Origin: a virus
Lineage: Duplodnaviria; Heunggongvirae; Uroviricota; Caudoviricetes
IMG/VR virus record: IMGVR_UViG_3300015214_000028
Location: 1-64,000 of that record
Length of the DNA stretch: 64,000 bases
Direction: 5' to 3' (one strand)
Position 1 is the stretch's first letter. Every line of letters begins with the position of its first letter. Position numbers and translations under genes: made by a program. Below are positions 1 to 9,283 of this stretch, in pieces. The notes below the pieces were generated by a model. That model saw only the letters and a list, made by a program, of their open reading frames with translations. It did not search any database and had not been told where the DNA came from.

Positions 1-1521
1 AGAGCCTGTAGGACCTTGGGGGCCTGTTGGACCTTGAATACCTTGAGAGCCTGTTGGTCCTATTGGACCTTGAATACCTTCAGAGCCTGTAGGACCTTGG
101 GGACCTGTTGGACCTTGAATACCCTGAATACCTTGAGAGCCTGTGGGGCCTTGGGGGCCTGTAGGGCCTTGAATATTCCCTACGTTTTCCCAAGCACTAC
201 CACTCCAAACATAAAGGTCTCCATTAATAAGGTAGGCATCTCCCTGTGTTCCACTAGGAGGCAGTTCCAGTTCGGATTCCAGAGAATCTAAAATCTGTAC
301 CCCTGTGCCCTGTGGACCTGTAGGACCTAGAGCTCCGGTAGGGCCTGTAGGGCCTTGAATACCTTGGATACCTTGAGTACCTGTTGGACCTATTGGACCT
401 TGAATACCTTCAGAGCCTGTTGGACCTGTAGGACCTATTGGACCTTGAATACCTTCAGAGCCTGTTGGACCTATTGGACCTTGAATACCTTCAGAGCCTG
501 TAGGACCTTGGGGACCTGTTGGACCTTGAATACCCTGAATACCTTGAGAACCTGTTGGGCCTTGAATACCCTGAGAACCTGTGGGACCTTGAGGACCTGT
601 TGGGCCTTGAATATTGCCTACATTTTCCCAAGCACTGCCATTCCAAACATATAGATCTCCCTCAATAAGGTAGGCTTCTCCCACTGTACCGCTGATAGGT
701 AGCTCTAGCTCCGACTCTAAAGAGCCTAGAATGCTTACACCGGTTCCTTGAGGACCTGTTGGGCCTAGAGCACCTGTAGGTCCGGGAATGCCTTGAACAC
801 CTGTAGGGCCAATGGGGCCTGTTGGTCCCTGAATACCTTGGAGGCCTGTAGGGCCTGTAGGACCTTGAATACCCTGAAGGCCTGTTAGGCCTTGAATACC
901 CTGAGAGCCTGTAGGACCTGTAGGACCTTGAATACCCTGGATGCCTTGGGAGCCCGTTGGGCCTGTAGGGCCTAAAGCACCTGTAGGGCCTAAAGCACCT
1001 GTGGGTCCTGTAGGGCCTTGGATACCTTGAGTACCCTGAAGACCTTGAGGACCTGTTGGACCTACGGAACCTGTTGGACCTACGGAACCTGTCGGGCCTA
1101 TAACGCCCTGTACTCCCTGAACACCTTGAGCACCAGTAGGGCCTGTTGGGCCTGCAACACCTTGCACACCCTGAATGCCTTGAGAACCTGTAGGACCCTG
1201 AATACCTTGAGCACCTGTAGGGCCTATTGATCCAGTAGGCCCTACAAATCTACCAATGTTGTTCCAAACAGCTCCTTCCCAGAGCCAAAGGTCCCCTCCA
1301 ATAATGTAGCCATCACCTAAATTGTTTCCAGAAAGGGGAAGCAAACTTTGATCGGCTAAAGTACCTATAACTAAAATACCGGGACCTTGTGCCCCAGTAG
1401 GCCCAGTAGGCCCGGTCGGCCCAATATGGCCCGGAGGGCCAATCGGGCCCGGCGTGCCAGCTGTAATAAGTACTATTTCTTTAGTAACTGGGTCAACTAC
1501 AATATCTACTTCTCTAGCCAC
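1..1521 (-). CDS. collagen-like (Gly-X-Y repeat) fibre/structural protein, partial; C-terminus lies beyond the window start
   Basis: Minus-strand GTG at 1521-1519 preceded by GGAGG. Translation [47 protein letters not shown]..., then three long G-X-Y blocks (GPTG, GIQG, GVQG) separated by short non-collagenous spacers. No stop before position 1. The plus-strand ORFs 16..291, 355..654 and 1018..1230 are its antisense. Confidence 0.8.
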   Translation of the reverse strand, partial: MAREVDIVVDPVTKEIVLITAGTPGPIGPPGHIGPTGPTGPTGAQGPGILVIGTLADQSLLPLSGNNLGDGYIIGGDLWLWEGAVWNNIGRFVGPTGSIGPTGAQGIQGPTGSQGIQGVQGVAGPTGPTGAQGVQGVQGVIGPTGSVGPTGSVGPTGPQGLQGTQGIQGPTGPTGALGPTGALGPTGPTGSQGIQGIQGPTGPTGSQGIQGLTGLQGIQGPTGPTGLQGIQGPTGPIGPTGVQGIPGPTGALGPTGPQGTGVSILGSLESELELPISGTVGEAYLIEGDLYVWNGSAWENVGNIQGPTGPQGPTGSQGIQGPTGSQGIQGIQGPTGPQGPTGSEGIQGPIGPTGSEGIQGPIGPTGPTGSEGIQGPIGPTGTQGIQGIQGPTGPTGALGPTGPQGTGVQILDSLESELELPPSGTQGDAYLINGDLYVWSGSAWENVGNIQGPTGPQGPTGSQGIQGIQGPTGPQGPTGSEGIQGPIGPTGSQGIQGPTGPQGPTGS

Positions 1522-1888
1522 GAGTAACCTCCGGACGTAGTTTAATCTTACCCTCTAGTAATCTTACAACATACTCAGGATTATTCGTGTGAAACAATTC
1601 TAAATCGTACACGCCACCTTCTTGTACTAGTACACTAGACGTAGAAGGTAAAACAGTAACCTTAATTTCTCCGGGTAGTCCGCCTAGCTCTATCCCCCCA
1701 CCCGGATCTGAATTCAAATTTAAAAAAGCTACAGGAGAATCGAACTCTTCCCTAGCCTGCATTCGGGCGGAGAACTCTGTTAAGTCTACTGGAGTAGTTA
1801 CACCAGTATTAGTATCTTTTGTTTCCCAAATAAAAGACTTAACATAAGTTGCCCCCTTATTTATCTCTAAATCTAGTCTTCCTGCCAT
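1514..1888 (-). CDS. hypothetical structural protein (124 aa); position suggests a head decoration or connector role
   Basis: Track ORF. Sits between the capsid gene and the fibre gene and overlaps the fibre start by 8 nt (GTGGCTAG). Confidence 0.5.
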   Translation of the reverse strand: MAGRLDLEINKGATYVKSFIWETKDTNTGVTTPVDLTEFSARMQAREEFDSPVAFLNLNSDPGGGIELGGLPGEIKVTVLPSTSSVLVQEGGVYDLELFHTNNPEYVVRLLEGKIKLRPEVTRG

Positions 1889-1966
1889 TTTATGTCCTTT
1901 TCAAATAAACTGCGAAGGGGGAACGAAAAAGGGGAAGCCCTAAGGCTCCCCCTTTCATGGGCTTAA

Positions 1967-3778
1967 TTAAGCAACCCAACGAGCGCAAGCAACTGCTTCG
2001 CCGTCTGTATCTGAAATCTGCTCGAAGCCCATACGTAGTGTAGCAACTAGTAAGGTTGATTGCTTCTCAACTAGATAATCTGATTCGACTGTTAGACCTT
2101 TGTAATTACCAATCATAAAGTTATTTGGATTGATAGCAATAGCAGGGTAGTTAGTTGCGATCTTAGAACCTAGCTCTCCTGATACGATAACTGGTGATCC
2201 GCCAGCCATACCGATCTGTCCACTAATAATAGTGGCTCGATCTCCAACTTTGTCCATTGTCTGGAACTCTGAATCTTCTAGAAGCTCGTAATATCCGGCT
2301 GTTGAAACGATGAAACTAACTTCTGCGGGATTTAGACCCCAAACACCTAAACGCTTACGAAGACCACGAAGTGCAGCAACAGTAAGAGTTGCATTAGTAC
2401 CAAGACTAAGAGTAGTATTGGAACCTGCAGCCTCGTACCCAGTAATACCAGTAATAGGGTCATTAGTATTACCAGCACCTAAAAGAAGCGCTTTATCGAC
2501 TGACTTAGCAGTTCTACGAATCATGGCGTCACGAATCACAGGCATTAGTGCAAGAATAGCATCCTGATCTTCTTCGTTTCCGATGAATTCTTTGGTTGCT
2601 AGCTTGTGTGCTGTGATTGTTAGGTCTTTTAGAACATGGGTCGCTGCTGAGCCCGAGCTAGCATCAGTACCATACTGAGCAGCAGTAACCCAAGTGCCGT
2701 ATCCAGCTTCTGGGTTAATTGGGAATCGAGTAACGACTCCTGGCATATTGATTTTACGGAAGAGAGGTTCAACGACTAAGCGTCTACGAATCTCTGCAAG
2801 CATGTTTGTGCTAACAATGTTTTCCCAATTTGCATTAGGAACGTGAGCACCATATTTCTCAACAATTTGCTGATAAGCTTTGGTCTCAGTTAGCCCTTTC
2901 CGGGTAGCCCGGGCCATAAGAACTGCAAGTTCTTTTTCGGCGTAGCTAACTTCATCACCATTACTGCGATCTTGAAATAGTTCTTTCTGCTTACGGAGGG
3001 CTTCAATTTCAGCAGCCTTCTCAGCAAGTTCACCACGTAGGTCTTCAATTGCTTTTGATACTGTAGTATTTTCTTCGGCAAGCCGCTTCTCAACAGTCTC
3101 TAGAAGTTGTTCTGCACCAGATTTTTCAACCTGAATACGTGCAGCTTCTGCAGCCTGCGTGGCTAGAGCTTCGTCAGCCGCTTTCTGCGCAGCAGCTGTT
3201 GCTGCGGCCGCTGCTTTTTCTGCAGCTGCGGTTACTAGAGCTTCTAGTTGTTCTTTATCCATTAATAACTCCTCTTTAAGAAATGACTTCTTAAATTCAA
3301 TTAACTCTTTTTTAGAGTTAAAACTTTTTGCAAGGTCAAATAAACTGTCTTGATTAGCTGGGACTGAGACAACAGATACCTCCAGTAACTCTAGAGCTTT
3401 AATTACGAAAATGTCAGTTGCAGAATCGTAATCAGCGTCTTTGACGTAAAAACCAATAGAGAAAGCTTTTAAAACTCCCTCTTTAATAAGCTGGTACACT
3501 TTACCAGCGGCGCTAGAAATCTTAGCAGTTAACTTTAGTCCATTTTCATCCGGCGAAATATCAACTGCCGTACCGATTGGTTCTGAGTGATTATGGAAAG
3601 CCAGAATAATTGGATTTTTTCTAAAGTTTTCTAAAGCTGCCTCATTCCAAGCGTATGATGGAACAACGTCTCCATACCTGTCTTTAGAGATAGTATTAGC
3701 GTATCCAGTAATTAACAGCTCATCATCTTCTAGCGCTTTGGCCTCGAAGTGGCCGAACGCTTTAATCATTTGTGTCAT
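1967..3778 (-). CDS. fused prohead protease (HK97/S78-like) + Ala/Glu-rich scaffold linker + HK97-fold major capsid protein
   Basis: N-terminal ~160 aa carry protease motifs (FHNHSEPIGT, LKAFSIGF, EVSVVSVPANQDS). Residues ~170-300 are an AEKAAAAATAAAQKAADEALA coiled-coil. C-terminal ~300 aa show major-capsid-like blocks (GYGTWVTAAQYG ... SGELGSKIATNYPAIAINPNNFMIGNYKG). Confidence 0.75.
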   Translation of the reverse strand: MTQMIKAFGHFEAKALEDDELLITGYANTISKDRYGDVVPSYAWNEAALENFRKNPIILAFHNHSEPIGTAVDISPDENGLKLTAKISSAAGKVYQLIKEGVLKAFSIGFYVKDADYDSATDIFVIKALELLEVSVVSVPANQDSLFDLAKSFNSKKELIEFKKSFLKEELLMDKEQLEALVTAAAEKAAAAATAAAQKAADEALATQAAEAARIQVEKSGAEQLLETVEKRLAEENTTVSKAIEDLRGELAEKAAEIEALRKQKELFQDRSNGDEVSYAEKELAVLMARATRKGLTETKAYQQIVEKYGAHVPNANWENIVSTNMLAEIRRRLVVEPLFRKINMPGVVTRFPINPEAGYGTWVTAAQYGTDASSGSAATHVLKDLTITAHKLATKEFIGNEEDQDAILALMPVIRDAMIRRTAKSVDKALLLGAGNTNDPITGITGYEAAGSNTTLSLGTNATLTVAALRGLRKRLGVWGLNPAEVSFIVSTAGYYELLEDSEFQTMDKVGDRATIISGQIGMAGGSPVIVSGELGSKIATNYPAIAINPNNFMIGNYKGLTVESDYLVEKQSTLLVATLRMGFEQISDTDGEAVACARWVA

Positions 3779-4931
3779 CTTTTGATCCTGATGGTTTAGC
3801 TGCAGAGCCAGTAATATTGGCTGGAATTCTTAGTTTATCCGATTCTGGGGAAGGGTCTTTCGGATAACGCAACTCTAGACGCGCTTCATTGGGGGTGATT
3901 ACGCCAGTATTGACTAAGGTTCCTAAATAAGCAGCCTGAATATTAAGCTCTGGCCGTAGAGCTTCTGCACCCGAGGTATCCACTGAAATGTCATAGCCGA
4001 AGTACCTTTCAAAGGCACTAACAACTAATCTAGCCAGGGGTAGAATAGTTTCAACCCACATCAGCTTTTGATTTGGAGTAATATTGGCATTATTGCCTCC
4101 AAACAGTAGAATCGGCGGTACGCCAAGTGCAAGTAAAACAGATTCATCTATTGAACGAACTGAGCCTTCAAAATCTAACTCTTTGAATTTGCCTTCTCCA
4201 AGAGCTTTAACTTCTAGACCTCCGTCTAGAATAAGTGGTCGTTTTCCGCCACGTTTCGGGTTATACTCCCGAACCCAGTTCTCAATTAAACGATCCTTGA
4301 TCTTCTGTCCTAGAACGCTAGGAGACTGGATCACTAAGCCCGGGACCGCGTTATTCTTAAAGAAATTACGCTGGAACTCTAACATTTCTCCTCTAATATT
4401 AATTAGTTCAAGAAACGTCTTAGCTCTACTAGTCCCTCTAAAGATACTGTCCGAACCGTTGTCGCTTACGGGAATGATTTCCTCAGGATTAAATCGAATT
4501 GTGGAATTGTATTCGTAATAAGCAACAAGTGTTTTCGGATCAGTAACTACTTTAACATTCACCGCTGGTAGATGGTACATAAAAGCACCATCAAAGTGAA
4601 TATAGGCGTTACCTTCTAGTATTAAATCTAGATAGATAAGCCTTTTAAATCTTTCAATATCTTGATAAGGATTAGGACTAAATTGAATTAAAGTTTCTAA
4701 TTTAGCTTTCCTAATTGACACTACGCCCACACCATTCAGTTTACTAGTAACGTCGAATCCCAGGCTAGAAGCACCGTTAACAATTAAGTCAACACCGCGT
4801 CGAACAACTGGAATCTCGTTATAGGCTGAAACATGGCTAGCATAGCGGCGCGCGGTCGAGTACACTTCCCCGCTATCGCGGGAAATGACAGATTGCGCGG
4901 GGTTTAATTTAGTTCGCAACCATTGCAGCAT
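3762..4931 (-). CDS. portal protein (HK97-family size, 389 aa)
   Basis: Size and position between terminase/HNH and the protease-capsid gene; portal-like composition. Confidence 0.6.
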   Translation of the reverse strand: MLQWLRTKLNPAQSVISRDSGEVYSTARRYASHVSAYNEIPVVRRGVDLIVNGASSLGFDVTSKLNGVGVVSIRKAKLETLIQFSPNPYQDIERFKRLIYLDLILEGNAYIHFDGAFMYHLPAVNVKVVTDPKTLVAYYEYNSTIRFNPEEIIPVSDNGSDSIFRGTSRAKTFLELINIRGEMLEFQRNFFKNNAVPGLVIQSPSVLGQKIKDRLIENWVREYNPKRGGKRPLILDGGLEVKALGEGKFKELDFEGSVRSIDESVLLALGVPPILLFGGNNANITPNQKLMWVETILPLARLVVSAFERYFGYDISVDTSGAEALRPELNIQAAYLGTLVNTGVITPNEARLELRYPKDPSPESDKLRIPANITGSAAKPSGSKDDTND

Positions 4932-5274
4932 GCTTCTCTCTTTTTTTCTCTACCCATGCTGCTTGCTTCTTTGCAGTACCTAGGGCAGGTTTAAGCCCAT
5001 AAACTTTATGCAATAAAGCATGATCGCTTTTGCATAGAGTTACGACTTCTAAATATATTTCTGAATGATGTTCGGAGATAAATTCATCTCTAAAATCTAG
5101 AACATTTTCTTCAGAATAGCCCTTTTTCTTACACCATTTGTTAAACAAAGCAGTTAAGCTATTATAATGGTGCAACTCTAACAACTCACTAGTACCACAA
5201 ATCACACAGGAAGAATCCTTCTCATATGCGGACTTGCAGCGGTCGCGAATGTATTTTACGGGTAAACGTTTCAT
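4909..5274 (-). CDS. HNH endonuclease, packaging-associated
   Basis: CVICG ... ELHHYNS ... LCKSDHALLH = CxxC...HH...N...H. Lies between portal and TerL. Confidence 0.65.
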   Translation of the reverse strand: MKRLPVKYIRDRCKSAYEKDSSCVICGTSELLELHHYNSLTALFNKWCKKKGYSEENVLDFRDEFISEHHSEIYLEVVTLCKSDHALLHKVYGLKPALGTAKKQAAWVEKKREKHAAMVAN

Positions 5275-5320
5275 TTTCCTATATTCTACTAGACCCAGAA
5301 AATATTTTCAACCAAATTTT

Positions 5321-6622
5321 TCACACTGAAGAAATATCCCCTCTATACGTATAAAGTGCGTATCTAAGAGCATCGGCCATGTGTGAATAACGATCATGCA
5401 CAGGTTTTTGAACTATAAGTCCTTCACGAGGGTCCCAGCGATACTGATCTAAGCAAGCTAAAGTCTCTTTACAATGGGGCGCTACAAATAAACGACCTTG
5501 CTCTACTAAAGTCTGTACAAAAGCAATACCTTCTAGAACAGCTTTATTAGCATTTACAGTTGAGATATCGTACTCCATTGCTAGATCATACCTGAACTGC
5601 TGCGCTGAAGAATCTACAAATATATATTCAACACCATACTTCTCTTCTAAAGCTTTAATCGCATTAGCATGTACGGCAGTAGTAGCTTCTGACTTGTAAT
5701 ACTCATCAACTACATAAAACTTATCATCAACACAACTAATAACCGCTCCAGCAGTAGGATCCCTAAAGCCAAAGTCAACACCCATAATCACTTCGTCTAA
5801 AACGGGTGTTTCAGCAATATAGTCTGGAGAAAAGTTAAAGATCTGTCCTTCGAACACTGAGAAGGAAGCTTCGTACTCTTGCTCGAACTCACCTTTAGAC
5901 ATGCTAAGTCTAGCTTCTTCAATATCCGCTAAAGAAGCTCGGGGATTCTCTCTCCAATCACAGTGTAAAGAAACCCATTGTGGGTAAGTATCTAAAAATC
6001 CTCTATCAAAGAATCTAGAGAACCAATTCATTTTACCACGGGGTGTAGAGATGAAGATAGCTTTAGCACCTGGTTTATCTAGGGTAGGTCGCAGAGCTAC
6101 ATTAAAAGCTTCTTCTCCCGCAGTCGATAGTGCTGCTTCGTCAAATAGAATTAAATCGTATGAGCGACCTACTACAGAATCAACCTGCGAAACTGAGCCA
6201 GCACGAACGGTAGAACCGTTACTAAGCTCTAAAACTCTATCTTTGGCGTTATCCTTTTCAACTTCTAAAGCAAATGCTTTCAAGTAGCGACGCTGTAATT
6301 CAAAAGAAATACTAGAAAGAGAATAATTGGGCGACATAATTAATACATGACAGCCCGGGATTAAGCATATTAGTTGTGCAATCATATTACCAGCTGTAGT
6401 CTTCCCAACACGTCTAGAAAAAGCAGCAACTATAAAGCGATATTTGGGATTATTAACAGCATTAATTAAAGCAATTTGTGGTCTATTAGGATCACCACCT
6501 AAAACGCCTTTTTCTTTTGCTAAAGGGATATATTTCTTGATAGGAAGTTTTATAAACCTTTCTTCTAGTGGAAACTCTTGAAACTCATCTGCTGAAATAT
6601 CCGGTCTACTTATTTTCAACAT
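5321..6622 (-). CDS. terL: terminase large subunit
   Basis: Walker A SRRVGKTT; 433 aa; C-terminal nuclease-like region; gene position. Confidence 0.8.
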   Translation of the reverse strand: MLKISRPDISADEFQEFPLEERFIKLPIKKYIPLAKEKGVLGGDPNRPQIALINAVNNPKYRFIVAAFSRRVGKTTAGNMIAQLICLIPGCHVLIMSPNYSLSSISFELQRRYLKAFALEVEKDNAKDRVLELSNGSTVRAGSVSQVDSVVGRSYDLILFDEAALSTAGEEAFNVALRPTLDKPGAKAIFISTPRGKMNWFSRFFDRGFLDTYPQWVSLHCDWRENPRASLADIEEARLSMSKGEFEQEYEASFSVFEGQIFNFSPDYIAETPVLDEVIMGVDFGFRDPTAGAVISCVDDKFYVVDEYYKSEATTAVHANAIKALEEKYGVEYIFVDSSAQQFRYDLAMEYDISTVNANKAVLEGIAFVQTLVEQGRLFVAPHCKETLACLDQYRWDPREGLIVQKPVHDRYSHMADALRYALYTYRGDISSV

Positions 6623-7058
6623 CTAAAAGCTTTCCCATCAATTCCCCGTAATTAGTTCCTACAAAGGGATTATTAATTTGAATATTTGTCTGAGTTTTAG
6701 GGCCTGCTGCCAGTTTGGTAGCTATGTTCATTTCATCCATTTTCATTTTGTGCACTAAAGCTAAAATATCCATAATATCTTTAGTAGATCCAATATCTGC
6801 TTCCTGTAATTCCTCCAGCTTTTTCTCAACTATACTGTCTACAATTTCTGCAAACTTGAAACGATTTCTATAACCAGACTCAAAATAAATTCTATCAATA
6901 TAGCTCTTGACTTCTGGTAAGTCTAGATATTGATTCACCTGTTCCGGGTGAATGCCTAGTTCTCTAGCGGTCTGTTCCACGCTTCTAGTAAGGAGATACG
7001 TATTAGCGATTTCTAGCTCTTCTGGGGAAATAGGCACAATAGTATTTGGATTTGCCAT
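6606..7058 (-). CDS. terS: terminase small subunit (HTH DNA-binding)
   Basis: ARELGIHPEQV HTH-like motif immediately upstream of terL. Likely start is the ATG at 7058 (MANPNT); the track's TTG at 7094 lies inside the promoter -35. Confidence 0.55.
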   Translation of the reverse strand: MANPNTIVPISPEELEIANTYLLTRSVEQTARELGIHPEQVNQYLDLPEVKSYIDRIYFESGYRNRFKFAEIVDSIVEKKLEELQEADIGSTKDIMDILALVHKMKMDEMNIATKLAAGPKTQTNIQINNPFVGTNYGELMGKLLDVENK

Positions 7059-7065
7059 ATTTTGA

Positions 7066-7094
7066 AGTATAACACTGTCAATAAAAAATTTCAA
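7066..7094 (-). promoter_or_regulatory. sigma70-like promoter for terS/terL (-35 TTGAAA, 17-bp spacer, -10 TATACT) giving a leaderless or near-leaderless transcript
   Basis: Reverse complement reads TTGAAA ttttttattgacagtgt TATACT tcaaaat ATG. Confidence 0.5.
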
Positions 7095-7129
7095 CTACTT
7101 TTTTCGTACTGGGCCCGTTGTTGCTTCTT

Positions 7130-7222
7130 GAGTGCTCTGAGCCCCGGGTTACCTTCCAATATTTTCTTAAAGTTGTACGCGGGGCCACCAATTACTCAGC
7201 GTCGCTGAGCCCCGGGTTACTC
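7130..7222. repeat. two direct ~65-bp repeats, each containing CTGAGCCCCGGGTTAC and AATTTTCTTAAAGTTGTACGCGGGG
   Basis: Read directly at 7130-7160 and 7200-7260. The core is the same 17-mer that recurs at 12187-14181. Confidence 0.8.
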
Positions 7223-7286
7223 TGTAAATTTTCTTAAAGTTGTACGCGGGGGAGGGCGGTGCGGCGGTGCCGATAGAGCGAGTCTA

Positions 7287-7322
7287 TCAACCGCCCATGC
7301 CCGATAGGGTGAGCCTATCGGG
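7287..7322. repeat. perfect 15-bp-stem inverted repeat (CCCATGCCCGATAGG gtgagc CCTATCGGGCATGGG) just downstream of the minus-strand two-gene operon
   Basis: Read directly. Preceded by a second palindrome GATAGAGCGAGTCTATC. Confidence 0.8.
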
Positions 7323-7337
7323 CATGGGTCTTGCCTG

Positions 7338-7634
7338 CTACACCTGGCGCGCAGGCGCGAAGTTCGCGAGGTTCAGCACGTCCAATCGATCATGTTCGGG
7401 CCGGGCAAGTGCATCGACCAAACGAGCGAGGAATTCCGTCGCGCTGATGGTAACGTGCCCGCCAGACACAGGAAAATCTACTTGCACGCTAACGCGCTCG
7501 ATCGCGCCTGCGCGCTCTACTGCGCGATTCAATTGCCTGACAAACGAGCGCGCAGCGATGAAGGTCATACCCTGCCCGAACGGGCGCGGCTGGCCTACGG
7601 GCTTTCCGGCCGCGAAGATGGTAATCTGTGTCAT
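7338..7634 (-). CDS. hypothetical protein (98 aa) in a ~60% GC patch
   Basis: Track ORF; follows the upstream ORF with a 5-nt gap. Confidence 0.45.
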   Translation of the reverse strand: MTQITIFAAGKPVGQPRPFGQGMTFIAARSFVRQLNRAVERAGAIERVSVQVDFPVSGGHVTISATEFLARLVDALARPEHDRLDVLNLANFAPARQV

Positions 7635-7639
7635 GCTGG

Positions 7640-7918
7640 TTACTCCATCGAATAATCGGCACAGTAGCGCAGCGCGCTAATGACCCGTTCCACAATCTTG
7701 GCCTCCCTGACTGCCTTTACCGCACCCGCATACTCGCCTGCGCTAGCATCCGTGGACATGCTCAGCAGGGTTTCTTCATGAAAGCGCACGTCGGACTCAG
7801 CCTTTGCTTGGGTAGAGTACAGAAGGTCTTCTACGCGCTGGCGCGCGGCGTTCAGTTCCTCATAAGCGACTTCACCCAGACCGAACATATGAGCTACGAA
7901 TGTGACAGTTGCCTTTTG
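7640..7918 (-). CDS. hypothetical protein (~93 aa; start ATG at 7918 with RBS GGAGGTAGG)
   Basis: The reverse complement of 7921-7935 gives GGTGGAGGTAGGAAA before the ATG. The track's longer 170-aa version runs back into AT-rich non-coding DNA. Confidence 0.45.
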   Translation of the reverse strand, partial: QKATVTFVAHMFGLGEVAYEELNAARQRVEDLLYSTQAKAESDVRFHEETLLSMSTDASAGEYAGAVKAVREAKIVERVISALRYCADYSME

Positions 7919-8357
7919 CATTTTCCTACCTCCACCCAATGCAGTGAAACCGGTCGGTTTCCTCGTTTGCTGCATCAGAGACTTAACTATAGCAAAGCAT
8001 TTTAACCCTGCAAAGCGGAAAATTGTAACAAATTGTAACTGTTGTTTTTTCACCACACGCGCCCGATGGGCACTCTTTCCCACTAATAACATTATACACG
8101 CTAGAAAAACCGTGTCAAGCAAAATATTTTTGCTCGTTCCGAAAATGAACATGTCTGATTTTGCCTAGTCTGTTTTACTGCCCTGGTCAAGCATTATTTT
8201 CTGCCTAGCATGTAACGATGTTATCGTCAAGACATATCGCGCCGAAAACACAAAACCTGGTAGCTGTCAAGTATTCCGCACTAAAATGCAAGGGTATTGC
8301 ATAGCATCTAAAAAGTATGCTAGACTATGGGTTATTGCATTAAATAGGCTATTCACC

Positions 8358-8741
8358 ATGCTAAAGAATCTTGACCTTGAAACCTTCTACCGTGCTGTAT
8401 CGCACTATTGCGAAGTTTTGCAGATTGATGAAAGTATGGTAGAATTCGAGTTTAGCAATCTTCGGCGCAATGCTAAATTATGGGGCGCTTGCATCAATGA
8501 CATTGATTGTGTTACAATCGAGATTGATAAAAGTTTGTCGCGCAAAAACACGCTAAAAACTCTAGCGCATGAGCTAGTGCATGCAAAACAGTTTTTAGAA
8601 GGTGAGCTAGACTGTATCGGGGATTATTGGATTTGGCACGGTGAAATTGTGTTAGAATCCTATGAGAATGAACCGCACGAAATAGAAGCTAACAGTCTCG
8701 AAAACGTGCTATACTCTAGTTTTATGGAAGCGAACCGATGA
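8358..8741 (+). CDS. HExxH zinc-metallopeptidase-like protein (ImmA/SprT-like; paralogue of 26173..26571)
   Basis: LAHELVHAKQF motif; ATG at 8358 in the track-ORF frame. Confidence 0.5.
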   Translation: MLKNLDLETFYRAVSHYCEVLQIDESMVEFEFSNLRRNAKLWGACINDIDCVTIEIDKSLSRKNTLKTLAHELVHAKQFLEGELDCIGDYWIWHGEIVLESYENEPHEIEANSLENVLYSSFMEANR

Positions 8742-9217
8742 AAATTGCAATTTTCGATCTGGACGAAACCGTTATTAATTCGTCGCATCGCACGCCGAAT
8801 AATCCCGATGGCACCCTTAACCTTGATGCTTACATTGCAAGGCATACACCGGAAAACGTGAGGAAAGACAAGGTTTTGCCGCTTGCCGAAACTATGCGCA
8901 GACTGTATAATATGGGCTGGCAGATTTTTGTTCTGACTGCTAGGGATATGAAACCTTGCGACTATGAATACCTCGCAAGGCATAATCTACCTTATCATCG
9001 CATTTTCTCGCGCGATCAAGCAAAGCCTGAACATTATAGGCTTTCCGATGGCGAATATAAAAAGCGCTGGATTCAAAAGCTGCTAAATCTTCGCCAATAC
9101 CGGAGCGCTTATGTTATAATGTTTGACGATAGCAGCAAGGTTAAATCTGCGCTGCGTCGATTCTTTCCGGTACTTTGCGCGCATAAGGTAAATGCGAAAA
9201 TCGGAACGGTTAAATAG
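8738..9217 (+). CDS. HAD-superfamily phosphatase (5'-deoxynucleotidase or PNK-phosphatase-like; resembles T5 dmp)
   Basis: N-terminal FDLDETV (DxDxT motif); 159 aa. Confidence 0.6.
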   Translation: MKIAIFDLDETVINSSHRTPNNPDGTLNLDAYIARHTPENVRKDKVLPLAETMRRLYNMGWQIFVLTARDMKPCDYEYLARHNLPYHRIFSRDQAKPEHYRLSDGEYKKRWIQKLLNLRQYRSAYVIMFDDSSKVKSALRRFFPVLCAHKVNAKIGTVK

Positions 9218-9283
9218 CACTACCGTTAAAACGTGCTATAATGGCTCTTCCTGATTGACGATAAACGAACTGAGGGAAACAAA

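Noticed and set aside
16-1230. Plus-strand ORFs 16..291, 355..654 and 1018..1230 (Thr/Leu/Asn/Cys-rich repeats)
   Set aside because: They are the antisense reading of the minus-strand collagen-like Gly-X-Y gene. The repetitive codon structure keeps the opposite strand open.
2310-4518. Plus-strand ORFs 2310..2567, 3159..3353 and 4084..4518, and minus ORF 2890..3093
   Set aside because: Embedded in or antisense to the capsid and portal genes; no RBS; biased composition from the Ala-rich region.
7240-8168. Multiple overlapping ORFs on both strands (7240..7680, 7392..7655, 7489..7695, 7628..8005, 7902..8168)
   Set aside because: High GC opens all frames. Only the two minus-strand ORFs with an RBS and tight end-to-end arrangement were kept.
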